The translations under genes were made by a program, and so were the position numbers. Of a stretch of 64,000 bases of DNA, positions 21,721-31,502 are shown piece after piece; the stretch's first letter is position 1; every line of letters begins with the position of its first letter. Origin of the DNA: an uncultured Hyphomicrobiales bacterium (GTDB taxonomy: Bacteria > Bacteroidota > Ignavibacteria > Kapaibacteriales > Kapaibacteriaceae); the NCBI GenBank assembly GCA_964620125.1, contig CAZUGQ010000007.1:29795-93794 (forward strand), given 5' to 3'. The notes below the pieces were generated by a model, which ran no database searches, was not told the origin of the DNA, and worked only from the letters and a program-made list of their open reading frames with translations.

Positions 21721-21948
21721 AACAGCGATGGTCCCGTTGTTTGGGGAAGGGGTCTCCTCCAAACAGCGTGCCATTCATTAGTGAAGGGTCGCAATTTTAC
21801 GGAACAACTGCTGTAAGTCTATGTATACTATACAGCTACATTCCGATTATCCACACATAATCTTCATGTAATCCACATGATTGGTGACAATTGACAAGAG
21901 TTTTCCACACGCTGATGACAATTTTCCAATCTTCTCGACACCATAGAT

Positions 21949-22893
21949 TTGACGATGCAAAAACTCTTTCCTCGCAGGCTCCCACGCAGAGCTACGATTG
22001 GCATCATTGCACCAGCCTCCCCTCAGCGAGATGAAAGGAGACTTGAGCGTGGCATTCGATATCTGGAATCGCTAGGGCACACTGTTGTTCTTGGGAAGAA
22101 TCTGTACGAGGTTCACGGTGGCTACCTGGCAGGCACCGATGAGCAGAGGGTGGCAGATCTGCATACCATGTTTGCTGACAGGCGGATTGATGCGATTTTT
22201 TGTTCCCGTGGTGGGTATGGTAGTGGTCGCCTGTTGGACAAGGTTGATTACGCACTCCTGCGCCGTAATCCGAAAATCTTTGTTGGCTTTTCGGATATCA
22301 CTGCTTTGCAGCTGGCCATGTATCGCCGTGCTGGACTCGTTACGTTCAGTGGTGCCTTGCCCAGTGTGGATATGGCTGATGAGTTCGATTCGAATGCCGA
22401 AGAGTGGTTCTGGCGAGCACTGCAGAGCACCCGTCCTTTAGGCAACGTTCAGCAGCCAGAGCAGCTCGTGCGCCTACGAAAGGGTGCAGCCGAGGGAGTT
22501 CTGCTTGGTGGCAACCTGAGTGTTCTAATAACTCTACTGGCAACACCATACCTACCTTCCCTTCGAGGAGCAGTTGTTGTTTTGGAAGACATCGGCGAAG
22601 ACACTTACCGGCTGGATCGCATGTTCAATCACCTGCGCCTTGCTGGCGTTTTCGGTGCATGTGCAGGACTAGTGTTCGGACAATGGACGCAAAGGGAAAC
22701 CAACCGCACAACTCCACCACGAGACATCAATGAAGTTTTGGCTGAAGTTGCCGCGGTTACGTCAGCTCCTGTTCTTTCTAACCTGATGTATGGCCACCAG
22801 CCCGATAAACTCACCCTGCCAATGGGCGTACGGGTTCGAGTTGGCGGATCGGGTACGGGAATGCGATTCCTGGAGTCGGCTGTTACGAAGTAA
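21949..22893 (+). CDS. ldcA: LD-carboxypeptidase (muramoyltetrapeptide carboxypeptidase, peptidase S66)
   Basis: IGIIAPAS...GYLAGTDEQRVADL...IDAIFCSRGGYGSGRLL...FVGFSDITAL matches the conserved S66 core including the catalytic Ser region. Confidence 0.85.
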   Translation: MTMQKLFPRRLPRRATIGIIAPASPQRDERRLERGIRYLESLGHTVVLGKNLYEVHGGYLAGTDEQRVADLHTMFADRRIDAIFCSRGGYGSGRLLDKVDYALLRRNPKIFVGFSDITALQLAMYRRAGLVTFSGALPSVDMADEFDSNAEEWFWRALQSTRPLGNVQQPEQLVRLRKGAAEGVLLGGNLSVLITLLATPYLPSLRGAVVVLEDIGEDTYRLDRMFNHLRLAGVFGACAGLVFGQWTQRETNRTTPPRDINEVLAEVAAVTSAPVLSNLMYGHQPDKLTLPMGVRVRVGGSGTGMRFLESAVTK

Positions 22894-23788
22894 GTCTTAC
22901 TGCTGCGGCAGAGAGCAGATCGGACATGTGCCGTGTAGCAAGGCCTCTGCCGACTTCCAGCTCCCGGCGTGTTAGTTCAAGAAAGGCCTCGTTAGCAAAG
23001 AGTGACCCATGCAGCACCACGTGCTCCGAAACATCGGTAGAAGGTTCGAGTGCATCTACCAACAGCATAAGCTCTACAATGGCGCGGTCGCGAATGCGCA
23101 TTGCTACAACATCCCCATCTGCTGCATACGTAACAACGGCTTGCGCCAGGCGCGCGCTACGCTCTATCGAAGCGTTACGTACGGCATTAGCCAACTGACG
23201 CGTGTTGTTTGCGTCAACCCGAAGGAAGGCTGCAACTGGTATGCGTAACTGTGTTTCAGGCCCTCGGCCGTCCAGTGATCGAGCCACGGCACCTAGTGCT
23301 TCCCTACCCATCCAGAATCCTCCTCCTGCATCGTCGATGCGGGGTCCCCAGCCTCCCGCCCTCCGCACATCGCCTTCTGGTGTTCTGCGGGCAGCGATAC
23401 TTCCAGTCCCAGCAATGAGTAGTGTTCCTGCTTCGGCACCCAAACCGGCAAACATTGCCAGCTCCAGGTCGCTGAGAACAGAAGTTCTCGGCACAACGTC
23501 GGCAACGTAACTCAGCCAATCATCAGTGAAAGAATTCAAGTACACCTGTCGTTCGATGGCATCCCACACGCCCGCAACACCCAGAAGCACGAAGCCAGGT
23601 GTAAGGAACTCGGGCGACACACTTGCAAGCCATGCACCAAGCGATTTGCAGAGGTCGGCGGTTTGCTGGTTAGGGGGCTTTGGTTTATAGGATGGCAGCT
23701 CAGTTCGTGCTACCACTGCTCCATTTTGAGCAACAGCCACCTGTGTGGTGGTGCCACCTATATCGATAATCAGGTGATAGCCGGTCAC
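22883..23788 (-). CDS. BadF/BadG/BcrA/BcrD-type ATPase (N-acetylglucosamine kinase-like)
   Basis: LIIDIGGTTTQVAV is the ASKHA phosphate-1 motif. Length is about 300 aa. It lies adjacent to ldcA, which suggests murein recycling. Confidence 0.65.
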   Translation of the reverse strand: MTGYHLIIDIGGTTTQVAVAQNGAVVARTELPSYKPKPPNQQTADLCKSLGAWLASVSPEFLTPGFVLLGVAGVWDAIERQVYLNSFTDDWLSYVADVVPRTSVLSDLELAMFAGLGAEAGTLLIAGTGSIAARRTPEGDVRRAGGWGPRIDDAGGGFWMGREALGAVARSLDGRGPETQLRIPVAAFLRVDANNTRQLANAVRNASIERSARLAQAVVTYAADGDVVAMRIRDRAIVELMLLVDALEPSTDVSEHVVLHGSLFANEAFLELTRRELEVGRGLATRHMSDLLSAAAVRLTS

Positions 23789-24567
23789 GACCTAGCTTGT
23801 GGGGGCCTCCAGGATCCACGCTTCCAGCTTTGCAGCTCAATCGTCACGGAGCCAACGTACAAGTTCATCTTGGCTCGGATGGGAATGCGTGCTTCGTCGT
23901 CAGAGAACCAACCTTCGAATCTTCCGGTAAGCCCATAAATGCCAGTCCAGTTAGCATCGCCGTTCAGATACACGGTGCGGACCGGGTACTCCACAGCGTC
24001 AATCTCCGTCTCAGCCTTGTTTCCTGCAAAGTTTATAACGGTGCTTACTCGTTCCTCCATGATCACTGTGGGAATGTTGTAGCTCTTACCCGAGTACAAC
24101 ATGGCCCGTGCGCAAAAGAGGAGCGAGGATCCGTCGTTCAAATGTTTGGTGATGTCGAACTGCTTGGAGGCCAACTTCTCTTTCTTTCGCCACTTTTCAA
24201 GCGTGGCCTTACGACTCGTGTAATCGAAGAGGTATTGGTCGAACTCCCACACGTTGTCTTCAACCATGGTGTTCGCGTTGAACTTGTACGAAAACGTTAC
24301 CGATGTATCAATCCAGCTTTCGTAGATGCTGTGCAGACTCACAAAGGGAATATTAGGATGTGAATCGATGAAGATTTTAACCTTGGCCACCTTTCGGCCA
24401 TCAAGAGTTGTGTACGGCTCCGTTACGGTTTTTATCGTACCCAGCGAAATGTTGAGGTACGAAACCCGATACACAAGCTCTTCTCCTGGATAAATCAAGC
24501 CCGTGCCTGCTGTAAGCATGGATGTACCCATCACCAGCATGGCAACCCAAACCAATACCGTGTTCAT
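23785..24567 (-). CDS. DUF3108 domain protein
   Basis: Signal peptide. The pattern (GEELVYRVSY...LGTI...) matches the DUF3108 family common in Bacteroidota. There is a 4-nt overlap with the downstream gene. Confidence 0.55.
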   Translation of the reverse strand: MNTVLVWVAMLVMGTSMLTAGTGLIYPGEELVYRVSYLNISLGTIKTVTEPYTTLDGRKVAKVKIFIDSHPNIPFVSLHSIYESWIDTSVTFSYKFNANTMVEDNVWEFDQYLFDYTSRKATLEKWRKKEKLASKQFDITKHLNDGSSLLFCARAMLYSGKSYNIPTVIMEERVSTVINFAGNKAETEIDAVEYPVRTVYLNGDANWTGIYGLTGRFEGWFSDDEARIPIRAKMNLYVGSVTIELQSWKRGSWRPPQARS

Positions 24568-24590
24568 GTGTGGTGTGCAGAGTGGACGAA

Positions 24591-26213
24591 CTACTGTAGC
24601 TGGGCGATCTTTTTCGCCTCGTCGAATAATTCCAAGGACTTCTTGGTTTGAGCATCTATCTGCAGCATCACTGCGGTGTACCCGTTGTTGTTAAAGATGG
24701 CCCGACCTATTTGGGCCTTCACAACGGTCTTGAGGAAACGTTCGTCAAAGGCATATTCGTCTGCCTTCCACTCAATGCTGTCCTGTTTTGCAAAGTCGCG
24801 CATAATGTCCATGTCTGCTTCACTTACAGAGAAGCTTTTCAGGAACTTGGACAAATTCCCTTCATAAGCAGAACGTATTTCACGACCTCGTTGCTTCATA
24901 ATCTGGTCAGCCGTCTTCCAGAAGAGATTTCGTGCACGAAGCTTTCGGGCAAGTAGGCCGATGGTGTCGGACTTAACGATGTAGTCAGGTGTAATACCAC
25001 CACCGCCATATACCGTGCGACCTTTGGAGGTTTTGTACTTGGGCCTCGTATTCACATTGTCGTCCGACACATCTTGCTGGTGTTCGATGTTATCGCCCTC
25101 AGCTCCCTCTTCTCGTCCTTCGCCGCTGTAATAAGCTTCTTTGTCCTTGTATGGACGCTGTATGAGTCTGCCTGAAGGAGTATAGTATCGAGAAACCGTT
25201 AGTCGAATGGCGGATCCATCACCGAGTGGGTACTGGCGTTGTACGAGCCCCTTTCCAAAAGAAGTCTGACCAACAACGATTCCTCGATCAAGGTCTTGCA
25301 CAGCACCTGACACGATTTCGCTTGCTGAAGCTGAACCACCGTTGATCATCACCACCAAGGGAATGTTTTCGAGCTCTCCCATGCTAGTGGCAATCATGTC
25401 TTCGTCGAACTCAGGTCGGCGCCCCTTGGTATATACGATTTTCTTTCCGTCCGCGATAAACTCGTCGGCAATGCGGTATGCTTGATCCAAGTAGCCGCCA
25501 GGATTGCCACGCAAGTCCAACAGCAGTTTTTTCATGCCTTGCGCCCGTAGGTTACGCGCTGCAGTTACAATCTCGTCATGTGTTGTAGCACTAAACCTGT
25601 TGGCAGTGATATACCCAACGTCCGTTCCGTCGATGATAAACGATGCGTCGACTGAATTGAGTGGAATCTTGTCGCGCGTGATGTCGAATGCCAGCAACTC
25701 CTGCTCGCCTGCTCTGCGGATATGAACACGAACCTTAGTACCCTTCGGGCCGCGCAACTTCTTTGGTACGGTGCTGCGGGTAAGGCCTATAGCTGTTGAG
25801 TCGTCAATCCGAACAATCTTGTCGCCAGCAAGAATTCCCAATGCCTCGCTTGGACCACCAGCGATGGGTGATACGATGGTTATGGTATCGTTGATAATGT
25901 CGAACTCTACACCGATACCCTCGAACGAGCCGGAGAATTCCTCCTCTACACGCTCCATTTCCTTGGCGGGTATGTACACCGAGTGCGGATCCAGTTCCTC
26001 GAGCATTCCACGTAGGGCAGCTTCGGTAAGCTTTTGCGTGTCTACTTCCTCAACGTATCCTTTGGCTGCCAAAGAAAGCACCTCACTGAACTTTCGTGCC
26101 TGCTCAAATACGGAATCACCACTTACGGCGGGTTGTACGTAGAACGCCAATCCAATGCCAACGGCAATGGATACGAGAACAAGGGCGGTTAGCCGAGATG
26201 GATTCATCTTCAT
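24591..26213 (-). CDS. ctpA: carboxyl-terminal processing protease (peptidase S41)
   Basis: PDZ region, then LLLDLRGNPGGYL and GGSASASEIVSGA...GQTSFGKGLVQ, which are the S41 catalytic Ser/Lys motifs. Confidence 0.88.
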   Translation of the reverse strand: MKMNPSRLTALVLVSIAVGIGLAFYVQPAVSGDSVFEQARKFSEVLSLAAKGYVEEVDTQKLTEAALRGMLEELDPHSVYIPAKEMERVEEEFSGSFEGIGVEFDIINDTITIVSPIAGGPSEALGILAGDKIVRIDDSTAIGLTRSTVPKKLRGPKGTKVRVHIRRAGEQELLAFDITRDKIPLNSVDASFIIDGTDVGYITANRFSATTHDEIVTAARNLRAQGMKKLLLDLRGNPGGYLDQAYRIADEFIADGKKIVYTKGRRPEFDEDMIATSMGELENIPLVVMINGGSASASEIVSGAVQDLDRGIVVGQTSFGKGLVQRQYPLGDGSAIRLTVSRYYTPSGRLIQRPYKDKEAYYSGEGREEGAEGDNIEHQQDVSDDNVNTRPKYKTSKGRTVYGGGGITPDYIVKSDTIGLLARKLRARNLFWKTADQIMKQRGREIRSAYEGNLSKFLKSFSVSEADMDIMRDFAKQDSIEWKADEYAFDERFLKTVVKAQIGRAIFNNNGYTAVMLQIDAQTKKSLELFDEAKKIAQLQ

Positions 26214-26309
26214 GCGGTTTTATCGGAAGTAGGCTGCAAAACTACAATTAGCCTGATGCGTAGCCACCTGACGTACAGCCAAAGGGGCCAGTGTACCTCG
26301 GGCTACGCT

Positions 26310-29300
26310 CTACCTAACCACAACGCTCGAGGTTTCAGTTCCCCCATCATGCACGGCGATAAGCAGGTACGTGCCCTGAGCCATGTGGCGAACATCCAAT
26401 TGGAAGTCTGAGCTAGCGCCGCCACGCCAGGTTCTGCGCGAAATCAAAGCCCCCTGCACATCAACAACATCAAGCGTGAGCGCAGTCGTTGGCGTCTTCG
26501 TTCGGATGTACAGCACATCCGTTGCGGGCAAGGGCATGGTAAGGAGCCTATTCGTGATGGAGGTGGTGTTGGCGAAGACGGGTACATCACAGCGACTAAG
26601 CCCCTGGAACGTGACTGCCTGTGCATTGCTAGCAACTTCCAGCAGCTTTGCAAGGCAGCCATTCGAGAATGCCAGCGTGTCCAGATCGGTTTGCCCGTTC
26701 ACTACCAAGGGTTCATAACAAACCATCAGTGGTACACGACCTCCGGGCGGAATAGTAATGGGCAACTGATGCGCAGGTACGGAGAATAGCAGATTACGGT
26801 AAACGAATACACTGCTTACAGTTTGGTCGAAGTACCCATAGTTGGAAAGCCAAACACTGTCGCACATCACCTCACCAAGAGGTGTACTGCCAAGTGGTAC
26901 ACTACTGAACCAACCTTGCTCATCAACAATTGCAAGGGTGAAGCCCGGTATCGTATCATAGATCTCGCGTCTGTTACCAGCAGAGTCCTCAGCCATGATG
27001 CCATAAATGGCATCGTGTAGTGGATCCTGAACAACAACGGTGTAGCGGTGAACCTGCACGGATTGCGAAACGGGTTCAACTGTGCAGTTCACCAACGACG
27101 CATCGATAACTGATGTAAACAGAATGCCGTAGTCCAGGTCTCGATCGTCACCAACAACGAGTACATGGTTGGAATCACATGGAGCTGCCGAGAGCACGGT
27201 ATAGGGTGGTTCGGTGTCGGCACGAACATCCACAAGCAACCGGTATGCGGCACGCCTTACACATGTATCACCGATGTACAGCGTGTCTTCGGCAACACCG
27301 ATGCTCTCTATCTGACTACATATCACCACAGCCACAGTCTCGCCAGGCTGTACCACACGTGGTAGCATCGGCTCCGTAATGGTGGCACCCAAGGCTGTTG
27401 ATAGTGCGGTAATAGCGTGAGCAGTCTGCCCGTAGTTCTCGATAAGCACGGTATCACATCGCAAACGATTGATCGGAACAACCACAGAAATAGTCGCGGG
27501 TTCCAGGTCGCTACCGCGCCCAACGGCACCGATGGTATAACCAGGGATGGTGTACGTTTCTGACGATACCTGACGCACATTGTCCGTTGCCTCCACAGCA
27601 AACTGACCATCCATATACGGATTGTTGAGTGTGGCTGTGAATCCAACAACTGATACGGGTGGAGAGAATGTATCTAGGGTCACGGTGGCGTTTACTTCGG
27701 ACCCAGGCAGCACGCGAGCACTGCGGATGCGCGAGTCCCCCAGTACACTATCTGATACCACACCTCTAAAAACGCCACAGGCGGCTGACCCGGAAATCTC
27801 TGGCGGAAGTACGTCCAAAGGGCGGAATGCCATACCTCCGATGTAACCATAAGAATTTGCTTCACCGTAGCCGTACACGTAAATGCCAAACGTGGTGTCG
27901 GCTGTAATGTGGTGAATGCCATCGGTCATGTTCACTTGCAGGTAGGAGTAATCCGTTCCACCAATAGGAAAGGCACTAACGGCGGGAAAGGGAGCTCCAT
28001 CAAGCTGCAACGAGCTTACACTCGCAGTGGGAATAACAACGTTGAGGAACTGCTCAACATAAATCCGTTCGCCCTGAACAACAGTGCCACTAATGGATAG
28101 CGAATACTCATGCGCTTGAATGCTCACAAATCGGTACGAATCCATGAATTGTTCTGCCGGCGGTACAAGCATCATGAATGGATCTCCAAGTCTGGCTCCA
28201 CCAACGCCGGGAGCGCCACCCGATTTTTTAAGCATTGCCACCATCGAAGGTTTTGTTGTGCGTACCTCGGCGGCCTGCACAAGCAAACCTTCGTAAAAAC
28301 TGCCTGCATTAAGATTTGCAACGGGCATTCCATCTACGAACACTTCGGTACTGTCGAAAGCAGCGATCACGCGAAACCGCGAATCACTTCCTGGCAGTTC
28401 ATTACTGCTAAGTGCAAGCGGAAAAATGAACGCTGTTTTACCCCAGGTTCGAATGGGATTCATCTGTTCAATCAAACAGTCACGCGAGCCAAGGAATGAC
28501 TGATCTTCAATTGGCAATACTGCGCGCTGGTGTCCACCGAATACTGCCACCGGCTTGCTAGCACGAACTTGCGTCCCCGTGAGGTCGGCAAAACGGTCAA
28601 TATCTGGGTGAATCTGCACCAGGTACACCTGACCCTGATTCAGAGTTATCGTCTGTGCCTCACCTGCCTCACTCTTCATAGTGGCAGCGGTTGGCCGAAA
28701 CGTCACCGTGGTATTATCCTCTGTAGCCACAATGCAGAACTGCGATGGTGTGGAGGTGCCCTCCAGTGGAAGACCAACCGACAACCCGCCATCAATGTCG
28801 CTTGTATAGGATGCAACAACGTAATCTTCGGCAAGAGCATCTGTTGGAAGAACAAGGAATGCTTCCGACGTGAGCACGCCCTGGTTAAGGGCATACACGG
28901 TTACATCCGAATCCGCGGTCACGTGAATCGTGTTCTCAGCAATCTCTTCCGTTTGCATTGTGCTGAAATCGATTTGACCGCTTCGATTCCACCCAACAAG
29001 CTCGTACGGTTTCACGTAGGTATGGAACTCGTACATCTGTGTGGGATCCGTAATCTGAAATGGTTCAACCCGCACTGCACCCGCTGCATCCTTCAAGATG
29101 ATCCTGCCACGAGTGGGTTGCTCGGCGCCGATGTAGATGAACACCTCATGTTGCAGCCTCAATGCCGGGTTTTCATCCAACACATCGTACTGGTTATGAA
29201 AGTTTGGCATAAGGGCAAACCAGAAATCCCTACCCTTGCTGTCAGGCACGTCTTGCCCAAACACCGGCTGCACACACCCAACAAGTACGGTGCCGATTAT

Positions 29301-29324
29301 CCAGCGCACGAAGACTTTGGCAAC
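26310..29324 (-). CDS. large secreted protein with an IgGFc-binding-like N-terminal domain and a T9SS C-terminal sorting domain
   Basis: Predicted signal peptide from a GTG start (MAKVFVRWIIGTVLVGCVQPVFGQD); the ORF track extends to 29465. N-terminal GRDFWFALMPNF... is paralogous to 42974..45346 and 49401..50768. The C-terminus ...DVRHMAQGTYLLIAVHDGGTETSSVVVR resembles a T9SS CTD. Confidence 0.65.
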   Translation of the reverse strand, partial: VAKVFVRWIIGTVLVGCVQPVFGQDVPDSKGRDFWFALMPNFHNQYDVLDENPALRLQHEVFIYIGAEQPTRGRIILKDAAGAVRVEPFQITDPTQMYEFHTYVKPYELVGWNRSGQIDFSTMQTEEIAENTIHVTADSDVTVYALNQGVLTSEAFLVLPTDALAEDYVVASYTSDIDGGLSVGLPLEGTSTPSQFCIVATEDNTTVTFRPTAATMKSEAGEAQTITLNQGQVYLVQIHPDIDRFADLTGTQVRASKPVAVFGGHQRAVLPIEDQSFLGSRDCLIEQMNPIRTWGKTAFIFPLALSSNELPGSDSRFRVIAAFDSTEVFVDGMPVANLNAGSFYEGLLVQAAEVRTTKPSMVAMLKKSGGAPGVGGARLGDPFMMLVPPAEQFMDSYRFVSIQAHEYSLSISGTVVQGERIYVEQFLNVVIPTASVSSLQLDGAPFPAVSAFPIGGTDYSYLQVNMTDGIHHITADTTFGIYVYGYGEANSYGYIGGMAFRPLDVLPPEISGSAACGVFRGVVSDSVLGDSRIRSARVLPGSEVNATVTLDTFSPPVSVVGFTATLNNPYMDGQFAVEATDNVRQVSSETYTIPGYTIGAVGRGSDLEPATISVVVPINRLRCDTVLIENYGQTAHAITALSTALGATITEPMLPRVVQPGETVAVVICSQIESIGVAEDTLYIGDTCVRRAAYRLLVDVRADTEPPYTVLSAAPCDSNHVLVVGDDRDLDYGILFTSVIDASLVNCTVEPVSQSVQVHRYTVVVQDPLHDAIYGIMAEDSAGNRREIYDTIPGFTLAIVDEQGWFSSVPLGSTPLGEVMCDSVWLSNYGYFDQTVSSVFVYRNLLFSVPAHQLPITIPPGGRVPLMVCYEPLVVNGQTDLDTLAFSNGCLAKLLEVASNAQAVTFQGLSRCDVPVFANTTSITNRLLTMPLPATDVLYIRTKTPTTALTLDVVDVQGALISRRTWRGGASSDFQLDVRHMAQGTYLLIAVHDGGTETSSVVVR

Positions 29325-29491
29325 GGAACGTTGCGCTCTCTGGATCTCTGGTGAATCTATTGGCACCCTGTACTCCGCAGCGACGTTGATCGTGATGGAG
29401 ATTGCCAGACCGACGATGGTGAAAAGAGTTTCAATTAGTTCATCGGCATATTGTAATGTACGCAACCTAACACCAACAATCCCCCAGCTTC

Positions 29492-30022
29492 ATGCGCCGT
29501 TACACGTACTCCGAACTACTAGCTCAGCGCCTTACCGAGGAACAGGCTACCAGACTGCCCCGCCACCCGATAACTGTGGTGCTGCAGAACGTTCGAAGTT
29601 TGTACAACGTAGGAAGCATTTTTCGATCAGCTGACGCATTTCGAATCCAGAAACTCATCCTCGCTGGGTACACGCCATCGCCCCCTTCCGCAGAGATCAG
29701 CAAGACGGCCTTGGGGTCGGTTAACACGGTGCCGTTCCTTCATGCACCTTCCATTCACTCTGCATTGGATGAATTGTTGGAAGGGGGCTGGAGGCTCTGC
29801 GCAGTGGAGCTGGCAACTCCATCCAGACAAATGAGTGCTATAACACCGGAGATGTATCCACTGGCACTGATACTTGGCAACGAACTTACTGGTGTTACCG
29901 AGGATGTTCTTGACAGGTGTAGCCTTGCCGTGCACATTCCGATGTACGGCGTTAAACACAGCCTGAATGTTGCCGTTGCTGCTGGAATAGCCATGTACGA
30001 AGCCGTGCGGTTGATGCCGTAA
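29492..30022 (+). CDS. SpoU/TrmH-family RNA 2'-O-methyltransferase
   Basis: VVLQNVRSLYNVGSIFRSADAF...LILGNELTGV...HIPMYGVKHSLNVAVAAGIAMYE are SPOUT motifs 1-3. Confidence 0.8.
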   Translation: MRRYTYSELLAQRLTEEQATRLPRHPITVVLQNVRSLYNVGSIFRSADAFRIQKLILAGYTPSPPSAEISKTALGSVNTVPFLHAPSIHSALDELLEGGWRLCAVELATPSRQMSAITPEMYPLALILGNELTGVTEDVLDRCSLAVHIPMYGVKHSLNVAVAAGIAMYEAVRLMP

Positions 30023-30030
30023 CTTTAGGC

Positions 30031-30834
30031 ATGCGCATAGCCATTCCGGACCATCCGCTCGTTGCACCGCTGGTGCAAAACGCTGTCGGCGTTTGTGAAC
30101 GTCTGGGCTGGACGTTGCTCCGCGTTTCTGCTGACCAAGCCGAGGATATGCTCGCAACAAACCGAGCTGACGTTGCCCTCGTTAGCCCGCTTGCTTATGG
30201 CAAGGCATCAGGTATCGTTGAATACAACATCGTTCCAAACACCTGTGTAGCGCTTTCGGAGTATACCGCTACGATGGGGATCATCTTCCCACATGATGTG
30301 GCATCGATTCGTAAGATCGGTGCTGAAAACCCAAACAACTTTCTTGTGGTTATCGGAGCTTTGATGTTGCGCGAGCGTTACGAGGCTTCGGCAGAGCCAG
30401 TACTTCGAATACCATCAGAATCGACGGCACGTGAATCAGCAGTAACGGTTGACTGTATCATCGGTGAACCGCAGTCATCGTCTCGAAACGCTCTGCTGGA
30501 CGTAAGTGAGGAGTTCTACGACTTCGTGGAAAGCCCTCTTCCCGTTTTTCTCTGGGTATGCAGACTTGACGGTGAAACAGACAAGCTTTCCGAAGCAATA
30601 CAGTCGATGGCCAATCGAGATCTACCTGAAGTTGTTGTTACCGAGCAGATTCCACTGTACGGCGACTCTTTCCCACGTGAAGGCAAAATTCTGTACCGGT
30701 GGTCGGACGACGTAGAAGAAGGACTCACTGCCGTTTTGAACCTCCTCTACTTTCACCAAACCCTCAACAACCTTCCAGAAATCAAACTGCTCCCTTCGGA
30801 GTTTTCAACGGATGATCACTCACCAACACAATAA
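30031..30834 (+). CDS. MqnA/MqnD-family protein (futalosine-pathway menaquinone biosynthesis, periplasmic-binding-protein-like fold); family assignment tentative
   Basis: Judged by remembered similarity to Thermus/Streptomyces MqnA: RADVALVSPLAYGK vs LDVSAISSIAYAE, and LPVFLWVCR vs LPMVFAVWAVR. Length about 267 aa. Not verifiable without a search. Confidence 0.4.
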   Translation: MRIAIPDHPLVAPLVQNAVGVCERLGWTLLRVSADQAEDMLATNRADVALVSPLAYGKASGIVEYNIVPNTCVALSEYTATMGIIFPHDVASIRKIGAENPNNFLVVIGALMLRERYEASAEPVLRIPSESTARESAVTVDCIIGEPQSSSRNALLDVSEEFYDFVESPLPVFLWVCRLDGETDKLSEAIQSMANRDLPEVVVTEQIPLYGDSFPREGKILYRWSDDVEEGLTAVLNLLYFHQTLNNLPEIKLLPSEFSTDDHSPTQ

Positions 30835-30842
30835 CACCAGCC

Positions 30843-31502
30843 ATGCAACTCTACGTAGACAGTGCCAACCTTAAGGACATTCGTCATGCAGCCTCGCTGG
30901 GCTTCATCAGCGGCGTAACCACCAACCCTTCTCTCCTTGCGAAGGAAGATCCATCATTGGACATCAAGGAGCTTATCCTTGATATTCACAGAACCGTTGG
31001 CGGGCATGTAAGTGTGGAAGTTGTTAGTACGGATACCGATGGCATGCTTCGTGAAGCTGACGACATCCTCAGCTGGTTCCCAGATGCCACCATCAAGATC
31101 CCGTTCATACCCGCCGGACTTGCTGCAGTACGCGAGCTCTCCAACCGTGATATTCCAACGAACGTTACGCTGTGCTTCACCGCTCTGCAGGCTCTTGTAG
31201 CTGCCAATGCTGGTGCCACCTATGTAAGCATCTTTCTTGGCAGGCTGGATGATATAGGAACCGATGGTGTGCAGGCTATTGAAGACGCTGCGGAGATATG
31301 GGACGTTCATCAACTTGATGCCATTATCATTGCCGCATCTCTCAGACATCCAATGCATGTACTGGCCTGTGCCAAGGCTGGGGCACACATCGCAACGGTT
31401 CCATACAAAGTGTTGCTGCAATGCCTGAATCACCCACTCACTGACAAGGGGCTTGAGGCATTCCTGGCTGATGCTCAAAGGATGAATGCGGCAAAGGCAT
31501 GA
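30843..31502 (+). CDS. tal: transaldolase / fructose-6-phosphate aldolase (short Tal/Fsa family)
   Basis: MQLYVDSANLKDI...GVTTNPSLL...KIP...TLCFT...ATYVSIFLGRLDD matches the class I aldolase TIM-barrel signature, with the Schiff-base Lys in the KIP region. Confidence 0.85.
   Translation: MQLYVDSANLKDIRHAASLGFISGVTTNPSLLAKEDPSLDIKELILDIHRTVGGHVSVEVVSTDTDGMLREADDILSWFPDATIKIPFIPAGLAAVRELSNRDIPTNVTLCFTALQALVAANAGATYVSIFLGRLDDIGTDGVQAIEDAAEIWDVHQLDAIIIAASLRHPMHVLACAKAGAHIATVPYKVLLQCLNHPLTDKGLEAFLADAQRMNAAKA

Noticed and set aside
26261-26308. 8-bp inverted repeat GCGTAGCC...GGCTACGC between ctpA and the upstream gene
   Set aside because: The stem is short and the loop is 32 nt. It is not convincing as a terminator or regulatory hairpin.
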